Below are positions 7,016 through 8,715 of a DNA stretch of 8,715 nucleotides, piece by piece. How positions within the stretch are numbered: position 1 is the first letter of the stretch; the number at the start of each line of letters is the position of its first letter. Source of the DNA: Octopus sinensis (Eukaryota). Below the pieces are notes generated by a model that did not search any database, was not told the DNA's origin, and saw nothing but the letters and a program-made list of their open reading frames with translations. The position numbers and the translations under genes were made by a program. The stretch is taken from positions 1 through 8,715 of the forward strand of contig NW_021828373.1 in the NCBI RefSeq assembly GCF_006345805.1. Reading direction: 5' to 3'.

Positions 7016-7158
7016 TCTCACTCAATACTCAACTAACTTATACATACATCTAAGCCTCCTTCTTACAATCCACTGATAAACTTACATCTGTCCTTATCTG
7101 TGTGTGACTGTATCTCTTTCTCTTCTTTTCTCCCTCTTCTTCACCAACACGAACACAT

Positions 7159-7163
<5 letters not shown>

Positions 7164-7194
<31 letters not shown>

Positions 7195-7204
7195 CAGACA
7201 CAGA

Positions 7205-7256
<52 letters not shown>

Positions 7257-7262
7257 GCACAC
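7164..7262. repeat. (CA)n microsatellite with interruption
   Basis: Direct reading of the sequence. Confidence 0.95.
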
Positions 7263-7454
7263 AAAAGGACATATAAATGTTACTGCCACCAGCGTTAGGT
7301 AGACCAATGCTAACAAATGGCAATCAACGGAAGTCTTTAATTGTTGATGAAGATCAGTTTTATTTCTATCAAATCTCTTTAAGTATGTCAGCTTAGGTCT
7401 TATCTCTACCGAGGCTTTTATTTGTCTAAGTCTTATTCATTCCGTGTCCATCTC

Positions 7455-7697
7455 TGTGTATGTATGTATGTATGTATGTATGTATGTATGTATGTATGTA
7501 TGTATGTATGTATGTGTGTATGTATTTATCTATGTATACATGTGTAATATGTATATGTATGTATCAGTTAATATGAGGGAATGTATGTTGTATGTACGCG
7601 TATGCATATATGTATGCATATGTGTGTATGTATACATATGTATATTGTATGAATGTGTTCATTTATTTTCATATATATATATATATATTATATATAT

Positions 7698-7729
<32 letters not shown>

Positions 7730-8072
7730 TTATATATATATATATATATTGATGTTGTAGGTACTTATATATTCTTATATATAATATATATATATATCTT
7801 GTATATATATATATAGTATATAATATATCTACTATATGTATATGGCTGTATATATTGTTATATATATATATATATATTATACAATATACATATATGTATA
7901 TGTCTCTGTATAAATATATATTACTGTATATATATTTATACCTGCACGTGTGCATGTGCATGCATAATGCATGCATAGATGCGTATATATATAAATGTAT
8001 AAATACATATATGGAGAGAGAAAGAGATAAATATATATACATACACACACACTCACACGCACACACACACAT
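7455..8072. repeat. (TATG)14 followed by degenerate (TA)n and terminal (CA)n microsatellites
   Basis: Direct reading; perfect (TATG)14 at 7459-7514. Confidence 0.95.
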
Positions 8073-8074
8073 AT

Positions 8075-8234
8075 TTCAGTCCCACTGCGTTGTACCTTGG
8101 GCAGTTCTTTTCTACTATAGCCTCTAGCCGACCAAATGCTTGTGAGTGGATTTGGAAGACGGAAACTGAAAGAAGTCTTTTATAAATATATACCTCTGTG
8201 TGGGTGTGTGGGTGTGTGTGTGTGTGGGTGTGTG
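8075..8234 (+). mobile_element. tRNA-derived SINE 5' half (5'-truncated) running into TA/TG microsatellite
   Basis: 50/62 identity to 2478-2539. It continues GCTTGTGAGTGGATTTGGAAGACGGAAACTGAAAGAAG and then TA-rich and (TGTGGG)/(TG) repeats. Confidence 0.85.
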
Positions 8235-8422
8235 ACCATCAGATTAAAAGTCTGATGCTGTGCTCCGAAGAGGAATAATCTCTGGACCGATTTTCTAAAC
8301 AATTTAATACATCGCTACGTGCATTTCCACAAATCGTATGTTTCTTACGATCATAGTCCGTATTCCTAGTATCATTACAGTTCACTCCGTACTTTCTATG
8401 GACATCGGGCAGAATTAATTAA

Positions 8423-8715
8423 AAGGTCATTTTAAGAATATATCAGTTGTTAACCGAGACAATGAACTCCAGCAACTGGACGGCTGTAGTGGCTGTACTT
8501 CCTGACACAACTACCATTCTTTCCTGTCTCTCCATCACATTCCACTCTTCTTACCAAATATACAGAGAAATGTCCACAGATTTCTCATTGGTCAGAATCG
8601 GTAAAGAACCCTCTGTTAAACATACATTAATGCTATTTCGCCTGAATAAATTGACGGAAGTACATGATCAACTCGATATCCATGCATACTACGGACTGCA
8701 CTGTAATCGCCCTAG
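8423..8715 (+). CDS. Candidate coding segment open to the window edge (97 codons), product unidentified
   Basis: Stop-free frame after TAA at 8420-8422, with ATG at 8462: MNSSNWTAVVAVLPDTTTILSCLSITFHSSYQIYREMSTDFSLVRIGKEPSVKHTLMLFRLNKLTEVHDQLDIHAYYGLHCNRP. It is absent from the ORF track, presumably because it has no stop in the window. The length alone is not beyond chance. Confidence 0.3.

Noticed and set aside
862-8127. Dozens of ORFs rich in IY, CV, HT, poly-N, poly-H, poly-M or poly-L
   Set aside because: They are translations of (TA)n, (TG)n, (TATG)n, (AAT)n and (GAT)n repeats, which lack stop codons in some frames; there is no evidence of coding.
8237-8257. Hairpin CATCAGA-ttaaaag-TCTGATG
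   Set aside because: A 7-bp stem is expected by chance in 8.7 kb; there is no U-tract or other supporting context.

Overview
AT-rich, microsatellite-dense eukaryotic non-coding DNA. The repeat families resemble those I recall from coleoid cephalopods (Octopus); this is recognition from memory, not a database search. No intact gene is supported, and almost all listed ORFs are translations of simple repeats. Recognisable content: (i) a degenerate mariner transposase C-terminal/3' fragment at 1-260 (-); (ii) a head-to-head mariner derivative at 4309-5092, with two 5' ends as ~180-bp inverted arms and a decayed DNA-binding-domain-only transposase fragment; (iii) six to seven pieces of tRNA-derived SINEs, including a near full-length CORE-like SINE (6697-7015, -) and a tail-to-tail inverted pair (6061-6380); (iv) a hammerhead-ribozyme catalytic core at 3448-3481 with all conserved core bases, plus a degenerate second motif at 2231-2254, both suggesting Penelope-like pLTR remnants; (v) three weak candidate coding segments (3778-3874, 5600-5752, 8423-end). 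The most interesting items are the hammerhead motif and the foldback mariner.
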